DNA from: Auanema rhodensis
Lineage: Eukaryota > Animalia > Nematoda
Reading direction: 5' to 3'
NCBI GenBank assembly: GCA_964057225.1
Contig: OZ059894.1
Coordinates: forward strand, 4,712,001 to 4,776,000
Length of the DNA stretch: 64,000 bases
Part shown: positions 39,568 to 54,500 of the stretch, piece by piece
Layout: each line of letters opens with the position of its first letter
How positions within the stretch are numbered: position 1 is the first letter of the stretch
Translations under genes and position numbers: made by a program
Notes under the pieces: generated by a model
Seen by the model: the letters and a program-made list of their open reading frames with translations, nothing else
Told to the model about the DNA's origin: nothing
Database searches by the model: none

Positions 39568-42500
39568 TGTGTTATCAGATTTGCGCTAGCTTAAAAATGC
39601 ACCGAGATATCAACTGATATAAGTTCACACTTATATCCTCGATTTTCACCCTGAAGAAATAATTTTTTCGTTGAATAACATTGTCTATCGTCTTTGCCTT
39701 GAGAAATGGAATCTAAAAACATCTACTTTTTGCTAAATTATTTTGAAATTTTTCGAAAAAATTTTTGTCAAAATGTTTTTGGAAGCAATGTTGAGTGTAC
39801 ATGGAAACTCAACATACACTAATGCATCATTTTTCAAACGATCATAACTAATTCTTGTATCAAGCGTTTTTCAATGTAGTATAGTGCATTCGATGCGGAT
39901 TTTTAAGCTGCGTCGATCTGTGTTATCAGATTTGCGCTAGCTTAAAAATGCACCGAGATATCAACTGATATAAGTTCACACTTATATCCTCGATTTTCAC
40001 CCTGAAGAATTAACTTTTTCGTTGAATAACATTGTCTATCGTCTTTGCCTTGAAAATTGGAATCTAAAAACATCTACTTTTTGCTAAATTATTTTGAAAT
40101 TTTTCGAAAAAATTTTTGTCAAAATGTTTTTGGAAGCAATGTTGAGTGTACATGGAAACTCAACATACACTAATGCATCATTTTTCAAACGATCATAACT
40201 AATTCTTGTATCAAGCGTTTTTCAATGTAGTATAGTGCATTCGATGCGGATTTTTAAGCTGCGTCGATCTGTGTTATCAGATTTGCGCTAGCTTAAAAAT
40301 GCACCGAGATATCAACTGATATAAGTTCACACTTATATCCTCGATTTTCACCCTGAAGAAATAATTTTTTCGTTGAATAACATCGTCCATCGTCTTTGCC
40401 TTGAAAAAAGGAATCTAAAAACATCTACTTTTCGCTAAATTATTTTGAAATTTTTCGAAAAAATTTTTGTCAAAATGTTTTTGGAAGCAATGTTGAGTGT
40501 ACATGGAAACTCAACATACACTAATGCATCATTTTTCAAACGATCATAACTAATTTTTGTATCAAGCGTTTCTCAATGTAGTATAGTGCATTCGATGCGG
40601 ATTTTTAAGCTGCGTCGATCTGTGTTATCAGATTTGCGCTAGCTTAAAAATGCACCGAGATATCAACTGATATAAGTTCACACTTATATCCTCGATTTTC
40701 ACCCTGAAGAAATAATTTTTTCGTTGAATAACATTGTCTATCGTCTTTGCCTTGAGAAATGGAATCTAAAAACATCTACTTTTTGCTAAATTATTTTGAA
40801 ATTTTTCGAAAAAATTTTTGTCAAAATGTTTTTGGAAGCAATGTTGAGTGTACATGGAAACTCAACATACACTAATGCATCATTTTTCAAACGATCATAA
40901 CTAATTCTTGTATCAAGCGTTTTTCAATGTAGTATAGTGCATTCGATGCGGATTTTTAAGCTGCGTCGATCTGTGTTATCAGATTTGCGCTAGCTTAAAA
41001 ATGCACCGAGATATCAACTGATATAAGTTCACACTTATATCCTCGATTTTCACCCTGAAGAAATAATTTTTTCGTTGAATAACACCGTTCATCGTCTTTG
41101 CCTTGAAAAAAGGAATCTAAAAACATCTACTTTTTGCTAAATTATTTTGAAATTTTTCGAAAAAATTTTTGTCAAAATTTTTTGGAAGCAATGTTGAGTG
41201 TACATGGAAACTCAACATACACTAATGCATCATTTTTCAAACGATCATAACTAATTTTTGTATCAAGCGTTTTTCAATGTAGTATAGTGCATTCGATGCG
41301 GATTTTTAAGCTGCGTCGATCTGTGTTATCAGATTTGCGCTAGCTTAAAAATGCACCGAGATATCAACTGATATAAGTTCACACTTATATCCTCGATTTT
41401 CACCCTGAAGAAATAATTTTTTCGTTGAATAACATCGTCCATCGTCTTTGCCTTGAAAAAAGGAATCTAAAAACATCTACTTTTCGCTAAATTATTTTGA
41501 AATTTTTCGAAAAAATTTTTGTCAAAATGTTTTTGGAAGCAATGTTGAGTGTACATGGAAACTCAACATACACTAATGCATCATTTTTCAAACGATCATA
41601 ACTAATTTTTGTATCAAGCGTTTCTCAATGTAGTATAGTGCATTCGATGCGGATTTTTAAGCTGCGTCGATCTGTGTTATCAGATTTGCGCTAGCTTAAA
41701 AATGCACCGAGATATCAACTGATATAAGTTCACACTTATATCCTCGATTTTCACCCTGAAGAAATAATTTTTTCGTTGAATAACATTGTCTATCGTCTTT
41801 GCCTTGAGAAATGGAATCTAAAAACATCTACTTTTTGCTAAATTATTTTGAAATTTTTCGAAAAAATTTTTGTCAAAATGTTTTTGGAAGCAATGTTGAG
41901 TGTACATGGAAACTCAACATACACTAATGCATCATTTTTCAAACGATCATAACTAATTCTTGTATCAAGCGTTTTTCAATGTAGTATAGTGCATTCGATG
42001 CGGATTTTTAAGCTGCGTCGATCTGTGTTATCAGATTTGCGCTAGCTTAAAAATGCACCGAGATATCAACTGATATAAGTTCACACTTATATCCTCGATT
42101 TTCACCCTGAAGAAATAATTTTTTCGTTGAATAACATTGTCCATCGTCTTTGCCTTGAAAAAAGGAATCTAAAAACATCTACTTTTCGCTAAATTATTTT
42201 GAAATTTTTCGAAAAAATTTTTGTCAAAATTTTTTGGAAGCAATGTTGAGTGTACATGGAAACTCAACATACACTAATGCATCATTTTTCAAACGATCAT
42301 AACTAATTTTTGTATCAAGCGTTTTTCAATGTAGTATAGTGCATTCGATGCGGATTTTTAAGCTGCGTCGATCTGTGTTATCAGATTTGCGCTAGCTTAA
42401 AAATGCACCGAGATATCAACTGATATAAGTTCACACTTATATCCTCGATTTTCATCCTGAAGAATTAATTTTTTCGTTGAATAACATTGTCCATCGTCTT

Positions 42501-45500
42501 TGCCTTGAAAAATCGAATCTAAAAACATCTACTTTTCGCTAAATTATTTTGAAATTTTTCGAAAAAATTTTTGTCAAAATGTTTTTGGAAGCAATGTTGA
42601 GTGTACATGGAAACTCAACATACACTAATGCATCATTTTTCAAACGATCATAACTAATTCTTGTATCAAGCGTTTTTCAATGTAGTATAGTGCATTCGAT
42701 GCGGATTTTTAAGCTGCGTCGATCTGTGTTATCAGATTTGCGCTAGCTTAAAAATGCACCGAGATATCAACTGATATAAGTTCACACTTATATCCTCGAT
42801 TTTCACCCTGAAGAAATAATTTTTTCGTTGAATAACATCGTCCATCGTCTTTGCCTTGAAAAAAGGAATCTAAAAACATCTACTTTTCGCTAAATTATTT
42901 TGAAATTTTTCGAAAAAATTTTTGTCAAAATGTTTTTGGAAGCAATGTTGAGTGTACATGGAAACTCAACATACACTAATGCATCATTTTTCAAACGATC
43001 ATAACTAATTTTTGTATCAAGCGTTTCTCAATGTAGTATAGTGCATTCGATGCGGATTTTTAAGCTGCGTCGATCTGTGTTATCAGATTTGCGCTAGCTT
43101 AAAAATGCACCGAGATATCAACTGATATAAGTTCACACTTATATCCTCGATTTTCACCCTGAAGAAATAATTTTTTCGTTGAATAACATTGTCTATCGTC
43201 TTTGCCTTGAGAAATGGAATCTAAAAACATCTACTTTTTGCTAAATTATTTTGAAATTTTTCGAAAAAATTTTTGTCAAAATGTTTTTGGAAGCAATGTT
43301 GAGTGTACATGGAAACTCAACATACACTAATGCATCATTTTTCAAACGATCATAACTAATTCTTGTATCAAGCGTTTTTCAATGTAGTATAGTGCATTCG
43401 ATGCGGATTTTTAAGCTGCGTCGATCTGTGTTATCAGATTTGCGCTAGCTTAAAAATGCACCGAGATATCAACTGATATAAGTTCACACTTATATCCTCG
43501 ATTTTCACCCTGAAGAAATAATTTTTTCGTTGAATAACATTGTCCATCGTCTTTGCCTTGAAAAAAGGAATCTAAAAACATCTACTTTTTGCTAAATTAT
43601 TTTGAAATTTTTCGAAAAAATTTTTGTCAAAATTTTTTGGAAGCAATGTTGAGTGTACATGGAAACTCAACATACACTAATGCATCATTTTTCAAACGAT
43701 CATAACTAATTTTTGTATCAAGCGTTTTTCAATGTAGTATAGTGCATTCGATGCGGATTTTTAAGCTGCGTCGATCTGTGTTATCAGATTTGCGCTAGCT
43801 TAAAAATGCACCGAGATATCAACTGATATAAGTTCACACTTATATCCTCGATTTTCACCCTGAAGAAATAATTTTTTCGTTGAATAACATCGTCCATCGT
43901 CTTTGCCTTGAAAAAAGGAATCTAAAAACATCTACTTTTCGCTAAATTATTTTGAAATTTTTCGAAAAAATTTTTGTCAAAATGTTTTTGGAAGCAATGT
44001 TGAGTGTACATGGAAACTCAACATACACTAATGCATCATTTTTCAAACGATCATAACTAATTTTTGTATCAAGCGTTTTTCAATGTAGTATAGTGCATTC
44101 GATGCGGATTTTTAAGCTGCGTCGATCTGTGTTATCAGATTTGCGCTAGCTTAAAAATGCACCGAGATATCAACTGATATAAGTTCACACTTATATCCTC
44201 GATTTTCACCCTGAAGAAATAATTTTTTCGTTGAATAACATCGTCCATCGTCTTTGCCTTGAAAAAAGGAATCTAAAAACATCTACTTTTTGCTAAATTA
44301 TTTTGAAATTTTTCGAAAAAATTTTTGTCAAAATGTTTTTGGAAGCAATGTTGAGTGTACATGGAAACTCAACATACACTAATGCATCATTTTTCAAACG
44401 ATCATAACTAATTTTTGTATCAAGCGTTTTTCAATGTAGTATAGTGCATTCGATGCGGATTTTTAAGCTGCGTCGATCTGTGTTATCAGATTTGCGCTAG
44501 CTTAAAAATGCACCGAGATATCAACTGATATAAGTTCACACTTATATCCTCGATTTTCACCCTGAAGAAATAATTTTTTCGTTGAATAACATCGTCCATC
44601 GTCTTTGCCTTGAAAAAAGGAATCTAAAAACATCTACTTTTTGCTAAATTATTTTGAAATTTTTCGAAAAAATTTTTGTCAAAATGTTTTTGGAAGCAAT
44701 GTTGAGTGTACATGGAAACTCAACATACACTAATGCATCATTTTTCAAACGATCATAACTAATTTTTGTATCAAGCGTTTTTCAATGTAGTATAGTGCAT
44801 TCGATGCGGATTTTTAAGCTGCGTCGATCTGTGTTATCAGATTTGCGCTAGCTTAAAAATGCACCGAGATATCAACTGATATAAGTTCACACTTATATCC
44901 TCGATTTTCACCCTGAAGAAATAATTTTTTCGTTGAATAACATTGTCCATCGTCTTTGCCTTGAAAAAAGGAATCTAAAAACATCTACTTTTTGCTAAAT
45001 TATTTTGAAATTTTTCGAAAAAATTTTTGTCAAAATTTTTTGGAAGCAATGTTGAGTGTACATGGAAACTCAACATACACTAATGCATCATTTTTCAAAC
45101 GATCATAACTAATTTTTGTATCAAGCGTTTTTCAATGTAGTATAGTGCATTCGATGCGGATTTTTAAGCTGCGTCGATCTGTGTTATCAGATTTGCGCTA
45201 GCTTAAAAATGCACCGAGATATCAACTGATATAAGTTCACACTTATATCCTCGATTTTCATCCTGAAGAATTAATTTTTTCGTTGAATAACATTGTCCAT
45301 CGTCTTTGCCTTGAAAAATCGAATCTAAAAACATCTACTTTTCGCTAAATTATTTTGAAATTTTTCGAAAAAATTTTTGTCAAAATGTTTTTGGAAGCAA
45401 TGTTGAGTGTACATGGAAACTCAACATACACTAATGCATCATTTTTCAAACGATCATAACTAATTCTTGTATCAAGCGTTTTTCAATGTAGTATAGTGCA

Positions 45501-48500
45501 TTCGATGCGGATTTTTAAGCTGCGTCGATCTGTGTTATCAGATTTGCGCTAGCTTAAAAATGCACCGAGATATCAACTGATATAAGTTCACACTTATATC
45601 CTCGATTTTCACCCTGAAGAAATAATTTTTTCGTTGAATAACACCGTCCATCGTCTTTGCCTTGAAAAAAGGAATCTAAAAACATCTACTTTTTGCTAAA
45701 TTATTTTGAAATTTTTCGAAAAAATTTTTGTCAAAATTTTTTGGAAGCAATGTTGAGTGTACATGGAAACTCAACATACACTAATGCATCATTTTTCAAA
45801 CGATCATAACTAATTTTTGTATCAAGCGTTTTTCAATGTAGTATAGTGCATTCGATGCGGATTTTTAAGCTGCGTCGATCTGTGTTATCAGATTTGCGCT
45901 AGCTTAAAAATGCACCGAGATATCAACTGATATAAGTTCACACTTATATCCTCGATTTTCACCCTGAAGAAATAATTTTTTCGTTGAATAACATTGTCTA
46001 TCGTCTTTGCCTTGAGAAATGGAATCTAAAAACATCTACTTTTTGCTAAATTATTTTGAAATTTTTCGAAAAAATTTTTGTCAAAATGTTTTTGGAAGCA
46101 ATGTTGAGTGTACATGGAAACTCAACATACACTAATGCATCATTTTTCAAACGATCATAACTAATTCTTGTATCAAGCGTTTCTCAATGTAGTATAGTGC
46201 ATTCGATGCGGATTTTTAAGCTGCGTCGATCTGTGTTATCAGATTTGCGCTAGCTTAAAAATGCACCGAGATATCAACTGATATAAGTTCACACTTATAT
46301 CCTCGATTTTCACCCTGAAGAAATAATTTTTTCGTTGAATAACATTGTCCATCGTCTTTGCCTTGAAAAAAGGAATCTAAAAACATCTACTTTTCGCTAA
46401 ATTATTTTGAAATTTTTCGAAAAAATTTTTGTCAAAATGTTTTTGGAAGCAATGTTGAGTGTACATGGAAACTCAACATACACTAATGCATCATTTTTCA
46501 AACGATCATAACTAATTTTTGTATCAAGCGTTTCTCAATGTAGTATAGTGCATTCGATGCGGATTTTTAAGCTGCGTCGATCTGTGTTATCAGATTTGCG
46601 CTAGCTTAAAAATGCACCGAGATATCAACTGATATAAGTTCACACTTATATCCTCGATTTTCACCCTGAAGAAATAATTTTTTCGTTGAATAACATTGTC
46701 TATCGTCTTTGCCTTGAGAAATGGAATCTAAAAACATCTACTTTTTGCTAAATTATTTTGAAATTTTTCGAAAAAATTTTTGTCAAAATGTTTTTGGAAG
46801 CAATGTTGAGTGTACATGGAAACTCAACATACACTAATGCATCATTTTTCAAACGATCATAACTAATTCTTGTATCAAGCGTTTTTCAATGTAGTATAGT
46901 GCATTCGATGCGGATTTTTAAGCTGCGTCGATCTGTGTTATCAGATTTGCGCTAGCTTAAAAATGCACCGAGATATCAACTGATATAAGTTCACACTTAT
47001 ATCCTCGATTTTCACCCTGAAGAAATAATTTTTTCGTTGAATAACATTGTCCATCGTCTTTGCCTTGAAAAAAGGAATCTAAAAACATCTACTTTTTGCT
47101 AAATTATTTTGAAATTTTTCGAAAAAATTTTTGTCAAAATTTTTTGGAAGCAATGTTGAGTGTACATGGAAACTCAACATACACTAATGCATCATTTTTC
47201 AAACGATCATAACTAATTTTTGTATCAAGCGTTTTTCAATGTAGTATAGTGCATTCGATGCGGATTTTTAAGCTGCGTCGATCTGTGTTATCAGATTTGC
47301 GCTAGCTTAAAAATGCACCGAGATATCAACTGATATAAGTTCACACTTATATCCTCGATTTTCACCCTGAAGAAATAATTTTTTCGTTGAATAACATCGT
47401 CCATCGTCTTTGCCTTGAAAAAAGGAATCTAAAAACATCTACTTTTCGCTAAATTATTTTGAAATTTTTCGAAAAAATTTTTGTCAAAATGTTTTTGGAA
47501 GCAATGTTGAGTGTACATGGAAACTCAACATACACTAATGCATCATTTTTCAAACGATCATAACTAATTTTTGTATCAAGCGTTTTTCAATGTAGTATAG
47601 TGCATTCGATGCGGATTTTTAAGCTGCGTCGATCTGTGTTATCAGATTTGCGCTAGCTTAAAAATGCACCGAGATATCAACTGATATAAGTTCACACTTA
47701 TATCCTCGATTTTCACCCTGAAGAAATAATTTTTTCGTTGAATAACATCGTCCATCGTCTTTGCCTTGAAAAAAGGAATCTAAAAACATCTACTTTTTGC
47801 TAAATTATTTTGAAATTTTTCGAAAAAATTTTTGTCAAAATGTTTTTGGAAGCAATGTTGAGTGTACATGGAAACTCAACATACACTAATGCATCATTTT
47901 TCAAACGATCATAACTAATTTTTGTATCAAGCGTTTCTCAATGTAGTATAGTGCATTCGATGCGGATTTTTAAGCTGCGTCGATCTGTGTTATCAGATTT
48001 GCGCTAGCTTAAAAATGCACCGAGATATCAACTGATATAAGTTCACACTTATATCCTCGATTTTCACCCTGAAGAAATAATTTTTTCGTTGAATAACATT
48101 GTCTATCGTCTTTGCCTTGAGAAATGGAATCTAAAAACATCTACTTTTTGCTAAATTATTTTGAAATTTTTCGAAAAAATTTTTGTCAAAATGTTTTTGG
48201 AAGCAATGTTGAGTGTACATGGAAACTCAACATACACTAATGCATCATTTTTCAAACGATCATAACTAATTCTTGTATCAAGCGTTTTTCAATGTAGTAT
48301 AGTGCATTCGATGCGGATTTTTAAGCTGCGTCGATCTGTGTTATCAGATTTGCGCTAGCTTAAAAATGCACCGAGATATCAACTGATATAAGTTCACACT
48401 TATATCCTCGATTTTCACCCTGAAGAAATAATTTTTTCGTTGAATAACATTGTCCATCGTCTTTGCCTTGAAAAAAGGAATCTAAAAACATCTACTTTTT

Positions 48501-51500
48501 GCTAAATTATTTTGAAATTTTTCGAAAAAATTTTTGTCAAAATTTTTTGGAAGCAATGTTGAGTGTACATGGAAACTCAACATACACTAATGCATCATTT
48601 TTCAAACGATCATAACTAATTTTTGTATCAAGCGTTTTTCAATGTAGTATAGTGCATTCGATGCGGATTTTTAAGCTGCGTCGATCTGTGTTATCAGATT
48701 TGCGCTAGCTTAAAAATGCACCGAGATATCAACTGATATAAGTTCACACTTATATCCTCGATTTTCATCCTGAAGAATTAATTTTTTCGTTGAATAACAT
48801 TGTCCATCGTCTTTGCCTTGAAAAATCGAATCTAAAAACATCTACTTTTCGCTAAATTATTTTGAAATTTTTCGAAAAAATTTTTGTCAAAATGTTTTTG
48901 GAAGCAATGTTGAGTGTACATGGAAACTCAACATACACTAATGCATCATTTTTCAAACGATCATAACTAATTCTTGTATCAAGCGTTTTTCAATGTAGTA
49001 TAGTGCATTCGATGCGGATTTTTAAGCTGCGTCGATCTGTGTTATCAGATTTGCGCTAGCTTAAAAATGCACCGAGATATCAACTGATATAAGTTCACAC
49101 TTATATCCTCGATTTTCACCCTGAAGAAATAATTTTTTCGTTGAATAACATCGTCCATCGTCTTTGCCTTGAAAAAAGGAATCTAAAAACATCTACTTTT
49201 TGCTAAATTATTTTGAAATTTTTCGAAAAAATTTTTGTCAAAATGTTTTGGAAGCAATGTTGAGTGTACATGGAAACTCAACATACACTAATGCATCATT
49301 TTTCAAACGATCATAACTAATTTTTGTATCAAGCGTTTTTCAATGTAGTATAGTGCATTCGATGCGGATTTTTAAGCTGCGTCGATCTGTGTTATCAGAT
49401 TTGCGCTAGCTTAAAAATGCACCGAGATATCAACTGATATAAGTTCACACTTATATCCTCGATTTTCATCCTGAAGAATTAATTTTTTCGTTGAATAACA
49501 TTGTCCATCGTCTTTGCCTTGAAAAATCGAATCTAAAAACATCTACTTTTCGCTAAATTATTTTGAAATTTTTCGAAAAAATTTTTGTCAAAATGTTTTT
49601 GGAAGCAATGTTGAGTGTACATGGAAACTCAACATACACTAATGCATCATTTTTCAAACGATCATAACTAATTCTTGTATCAAGCGTTTTTCAATGTAGT
49701 ATAGTGCATTCGATGCGGATTTTTAAGCTGCGTCGATCTGTGTTATCAGATTTGCGCTAGCTTAAAAATGCACCGAGATATCAACTGATATAAGTTCACA
49801 CTTATATCCTCGATTTTCACCCTGAAGAAATAATTTTTTCGTTGAATAACATCGTCCATCGTCTTTGCCTTGAAAAAAGGAATCTAAAAACATCTACTTT
49901 TTGCTAAATTATTTTGAAATTTTTCGAAAAAATTTTTGTCAAAATGTTTTTGGAAGCAATGTTGAGTGTACATGGAAACTCAACATACACTAATGCATCA
50001 TTTTTCAAACGATCATAACTAATTTTTGTATCAAGCGTTTCTCAATGTAGTATAGTGCATTCGATGCGGATTTTTAAGCTGCGTCGATCTGTGTTATCAG
50101 ATTTGCGCTAGCTTAAAAATGCACCGAGATATCAACTGATATAAGTTCACACTTATATCCTCGATTTTCACCCTGAAGAAATAATTTTTTCGTTGAATAA
50201 CATTGTCTATCGTCTTTGCCTTGAGAAATGGAATCTAAAAACATCTACTTTTTGCTAAATTATTTTGAAATTTTTCGAAAAAATTTTTGTCAAAATGTTT
50301 TTGGAAGCAATGTTGAGTGTACATGGAAACTCAACATACACTAATGCATCATTTTTCAAACGATCATAACTAATTCTTGTATCAAGCGTTTTTCAATGTA
50401 GTATAGTGCATTCGATGCGGATTTTTAAGCTGCGTCGATCTGTGTTATCAGATTTGCGCTAGCTTAAAAATGCACCGAGATATCAACTGATATAAGTTCA
50501 CACTTATATCCTCGATTTTCACCCTGAAGAAATAATTTTTTCGTTGAATAACATCGTCCATCGTCTTTGCCTTGAAAAAAGGAATCTAAAAACATCTACT
50601 TTTCGCTAAATTATTTTGAAATTTTTCGAAAAAATTTTTGTCAAAATGTTTTTGGAAGCAATGTTGAGTGTACATGGAAACTCAACATACACTAATGCAT
50701 CATTTTTCAAACGATCATAACTAATTTTTGTATCAAGCGTTTCTCAATGTAGTATAGTGCATTCGATGCGGATTTTTAAGCTGCGTCGATCTGTGTTATC
50801 AGATTTGCGCTAGCTTAAAAATGCACCGAGATATCAACTGATATAAGTTCACACTTATATCCTCGATTTTCACCCTGAAGAAATAATTTTTTCGTTGAAT
50901 AACATTGTCTATCGTCTTTGCCTTGAGAAATGGAATCTAAAAACATCTACTTTTTGCTAAATTATTTTGAAATTTTTCGAAAAAATTTTTGTCAAAATGT
51001 TTTTGGAAGCAATGTTGAGTGTACATGGAAACTCAACATACACTAATGCATCATTTTTCAAACGATCATAAGTAATTCTTGTATCAAGCGTTTTTCAATG
51101 TAGTATAGTGCATTCGATGCGGATTTTTAAGCTGCGTCGATCTGTGTTATCAGATTTGCGCTAGCTTAAAAATGCACCGAGATATCAACTGATATAAGTT
51201 CACACTTATATCCTCGATTTTCACCCTGAAGAAATAATTTTTTCGTTGAATAACATCGTCCATCGTCTTTGCCTTGAAAAAAGGAATCTAAAAACATCTA
51301 CTTTTCGCTAAATTATTTTGAAATTTTTCGAAAAAATTTTTGTCAAAATGTTTTTGGAAGCAATGTTGAGTGTACATGGAAACTCAACATACACTAATGC
51401 ATCATTTTTCAAACGATCATAACTAATTTTTGTATCAAGCGTTTCTCAATGTAGTATAGTGCATTCGATGCGGATTTTTAAGCTGCGTCGATCTGTGTTA

Positions 51501-54500
51501 TCAGATTTGCGCTAGCTTAAAAATGCACCGAGATATCAACTGATATAAGTTCACACTTATATCCTCGATTTTCACCCTGAAGAAATAATTTTTTCGTTGA
51601 ATAACATTGTCCATCGTCTTTGCCTTGAAAAAAGGAATCTAAAAACATCTACTTTTCGCTAAATTATTTTGAAATTTTTCGAAAAAATTTTTGTCAAAAT
51701 GTTTTTGGAAGCAATGTTGAGTGTACATGGAAACTCAACATACACTAATGCATCATTTTTCAAACGATCATAACTAATTCTTGTATCAAGCGTTTTTCAA
51801 TGTAGTATAGTGCATTCGATGCGGATTTTTAAGCTGCGTCGATCTGTGTTATCAGATTTGCGCTAGCTTAAAAATGCACCGAGATATCAACTGATATAAG
51901 TTCACACTTATATCCTCGATTTTCACCCTGAAGAAATAATTTTTTCGTTGAATAACATTGTCCATCGTCTTTGCCTTGAAAAAAGGAATCTAAAAACATC
52001 TACTTTTTGCTAAATTATTTTGAAATTTTTCGAAAAAATTTTTGTCAAAATTTTTTGGAAGCAATGTTGAGTGTACATGGAAACTCAACATACACTAATG
52101 CATCATTTTTCAAACGATCATAACTAATTTTTGTATCAAGCGTTTTTCAATGTAGTATAGTGCATTCGATGCGGATTTTTAAGCTGCGTCGATCTGTGTT
52201 ATCAGATTTGCGCTAGCTTAAAAATGCACCGAGATATCAACTGATATAAGTTCACACTTATATCCTCGATTTTCATCCTGAAGAATTAATTTTTTCGTTG
52301 AATAACATTGTCCATCGTCTTTGCCTTGAAAAATCGAATCTAAAAACATCTACTTTTCGCTAAATTATTTTGAAATTTTTCGAAAAAATTTTTGTCAAAA
52401 TGTTTTTGGAAGCAATGTTGAGTGTACATGGAAACTCAACATACACTAATGCATCATTTTTCAAACGATCATAACTAATTCTTGTATCAAGCGTTTTTCA
52501 ATGTAGTATAGTGCATTCGATGCGGATTTTTAAGCTGCGTCGATCTGTGTTATCAGATTTGCGCTAGCTTAAAAATGCACCGAGATATCAACTGATATAA
52601 GTTCACACTTATATCCTCGATTTTCACCCTGAAGAAATAATTTTTTCGTTGAATAACATCGTCCATCGTCTTTGCCTTGAAAAAAGGAATCTAAAAACAT
52701 CTACTTTTCGCTAAATTATTTTGAAATTTTTCGAAAAAATTTTTGTCAAAATGTTTTTGGAAGCAATGTTGAGTGTACATGGAAACTCAACATACACTAA
52801 TGCATCATTTTTCAAACGATCATAACTAATTTTTGTATCAAGCGTTTCTCAATGTAGTATAGTGCATTCGATGCGGATTTTTAAGCTGCGTCGATCTGTG
52901 TTATCAGATTTGCGCTAGCTTAAAAATGCACCGAGATATCAACTGATATAAGTTCACACTTATATCCTCGATTTTCACCCTGAAGAAATAATTTTTTCGT
53001 TGAATAACATTGTCTATCGTCTTTGCCTTGAGAAATGGAATCTAAAAACATCTACTTTTTGCTAAATTATTTTGAAATTTTTCGAAAAAATTTTTGTCAA
53101 AATGTTTTTGGAAGCAATGTTGAGTGTACATGGAAACTCAACATACACTAATGCATCATTTTTCAAACGATCATAACTAATTCTTGTATCAAGCGTTTTT
53201 CAATGTAGTATAGTGCATTCGATGCGGATTTTTAAGCTGCGTCGATCTGTGTTATCAGATTTGCGCTAGCTTAAAAATGCACCGAGATATCAACTGATAT
53301 AAGTTCACACTTATATCCTCGATTTTCACCCTGAAGAAATAATTTTTTCGTTGAATAACATCGTCCATCGTCTTTGCCTTGAAAAAAGGAATCTAAAAAC
53401 ATCTACTTTTCGCTAAATTATTTTGAAATTTTTCGAAAAAATTTTTGTCAAAATGTTTTTGGAAGCAATGTTGAGTGTACATGGAAACTCAACATACACT
53501 AATGCATCATTTTTCAAACGATCATAACTAATTTTTGTATCAAGCGTTTCTCAATGTAGTATAGTGCATTCGATGCGGATTTTTAAGCTGCGTCGATCTG
53601 TGTTATCAGATTTGCGCTAGCTTAAAAATGCACCGAGATATCAACTGATATAAGTTCACACTTATATCCTCGATTTTCACCCTGAAGAAATAATTTTTTC
53701 GTTGAATAACATTGTCTATCGTCTTTGCCTTGAGAAATGGAATCTAAAAACATCTACTTTTTGCTAAATTATTCTGAAATTTTTCGAAAAAATTTTTGTC
53801 AAAATGTTTTTGGAAGCAATGTTGAGTGTACATGGAAACTCAACATACACTAATGCATCATTTTTCAAACGATCATAAGTAATTCTTGTATCAAGCGTTT
53901 TTCAATGTAGTATAGTGCATTCGATGCGGATTTTTAAGCTGCGTCGATCTGTGTTATCAGATTTGCGCTAGCTTAAAAATGCACCGAGATATCAACTGAT
54001 ATAAGTTCACACTTATATCCTCGATTTTCACCCTGAAGAAATAATTTTTTCGTTGAATAACATTGTCCATCGTCTTTGCCTTGAAAAAAGGAATCTAAAA
54101 ACATCTACTTTTTGCTAAATTATTTTGAAATTTTTCGAAAAAATTTTTGTCAAAATTTTTTGGAAGCAATGTTGAGTGTACATGGAAACTCAACATACAC
54201 TAATGCATCATTTTTCAAACGATCATAACTAATTTTTGTATCAAGCGTTTTTCAATGTAGTATAGTGCATTCGATGCGGATTTTTAAGCTGCGTCGATCT
54301 GTGTTATCAGATTTGCGCTAGCTTAAAAATGCACCGAGATATCAACTGATATAAGTTCACACTTATATCCTCGATTTTCATCCTGAAGAATTAATTTTTT
54401 CGTTGAATAACATTGTCCATCGTCTTTGCCTTGAAAAATCGAATCTAAAAACATCTACTTTTCGCTAAATTATTTTGAAATTTTTCGAAAAAATTTTTGT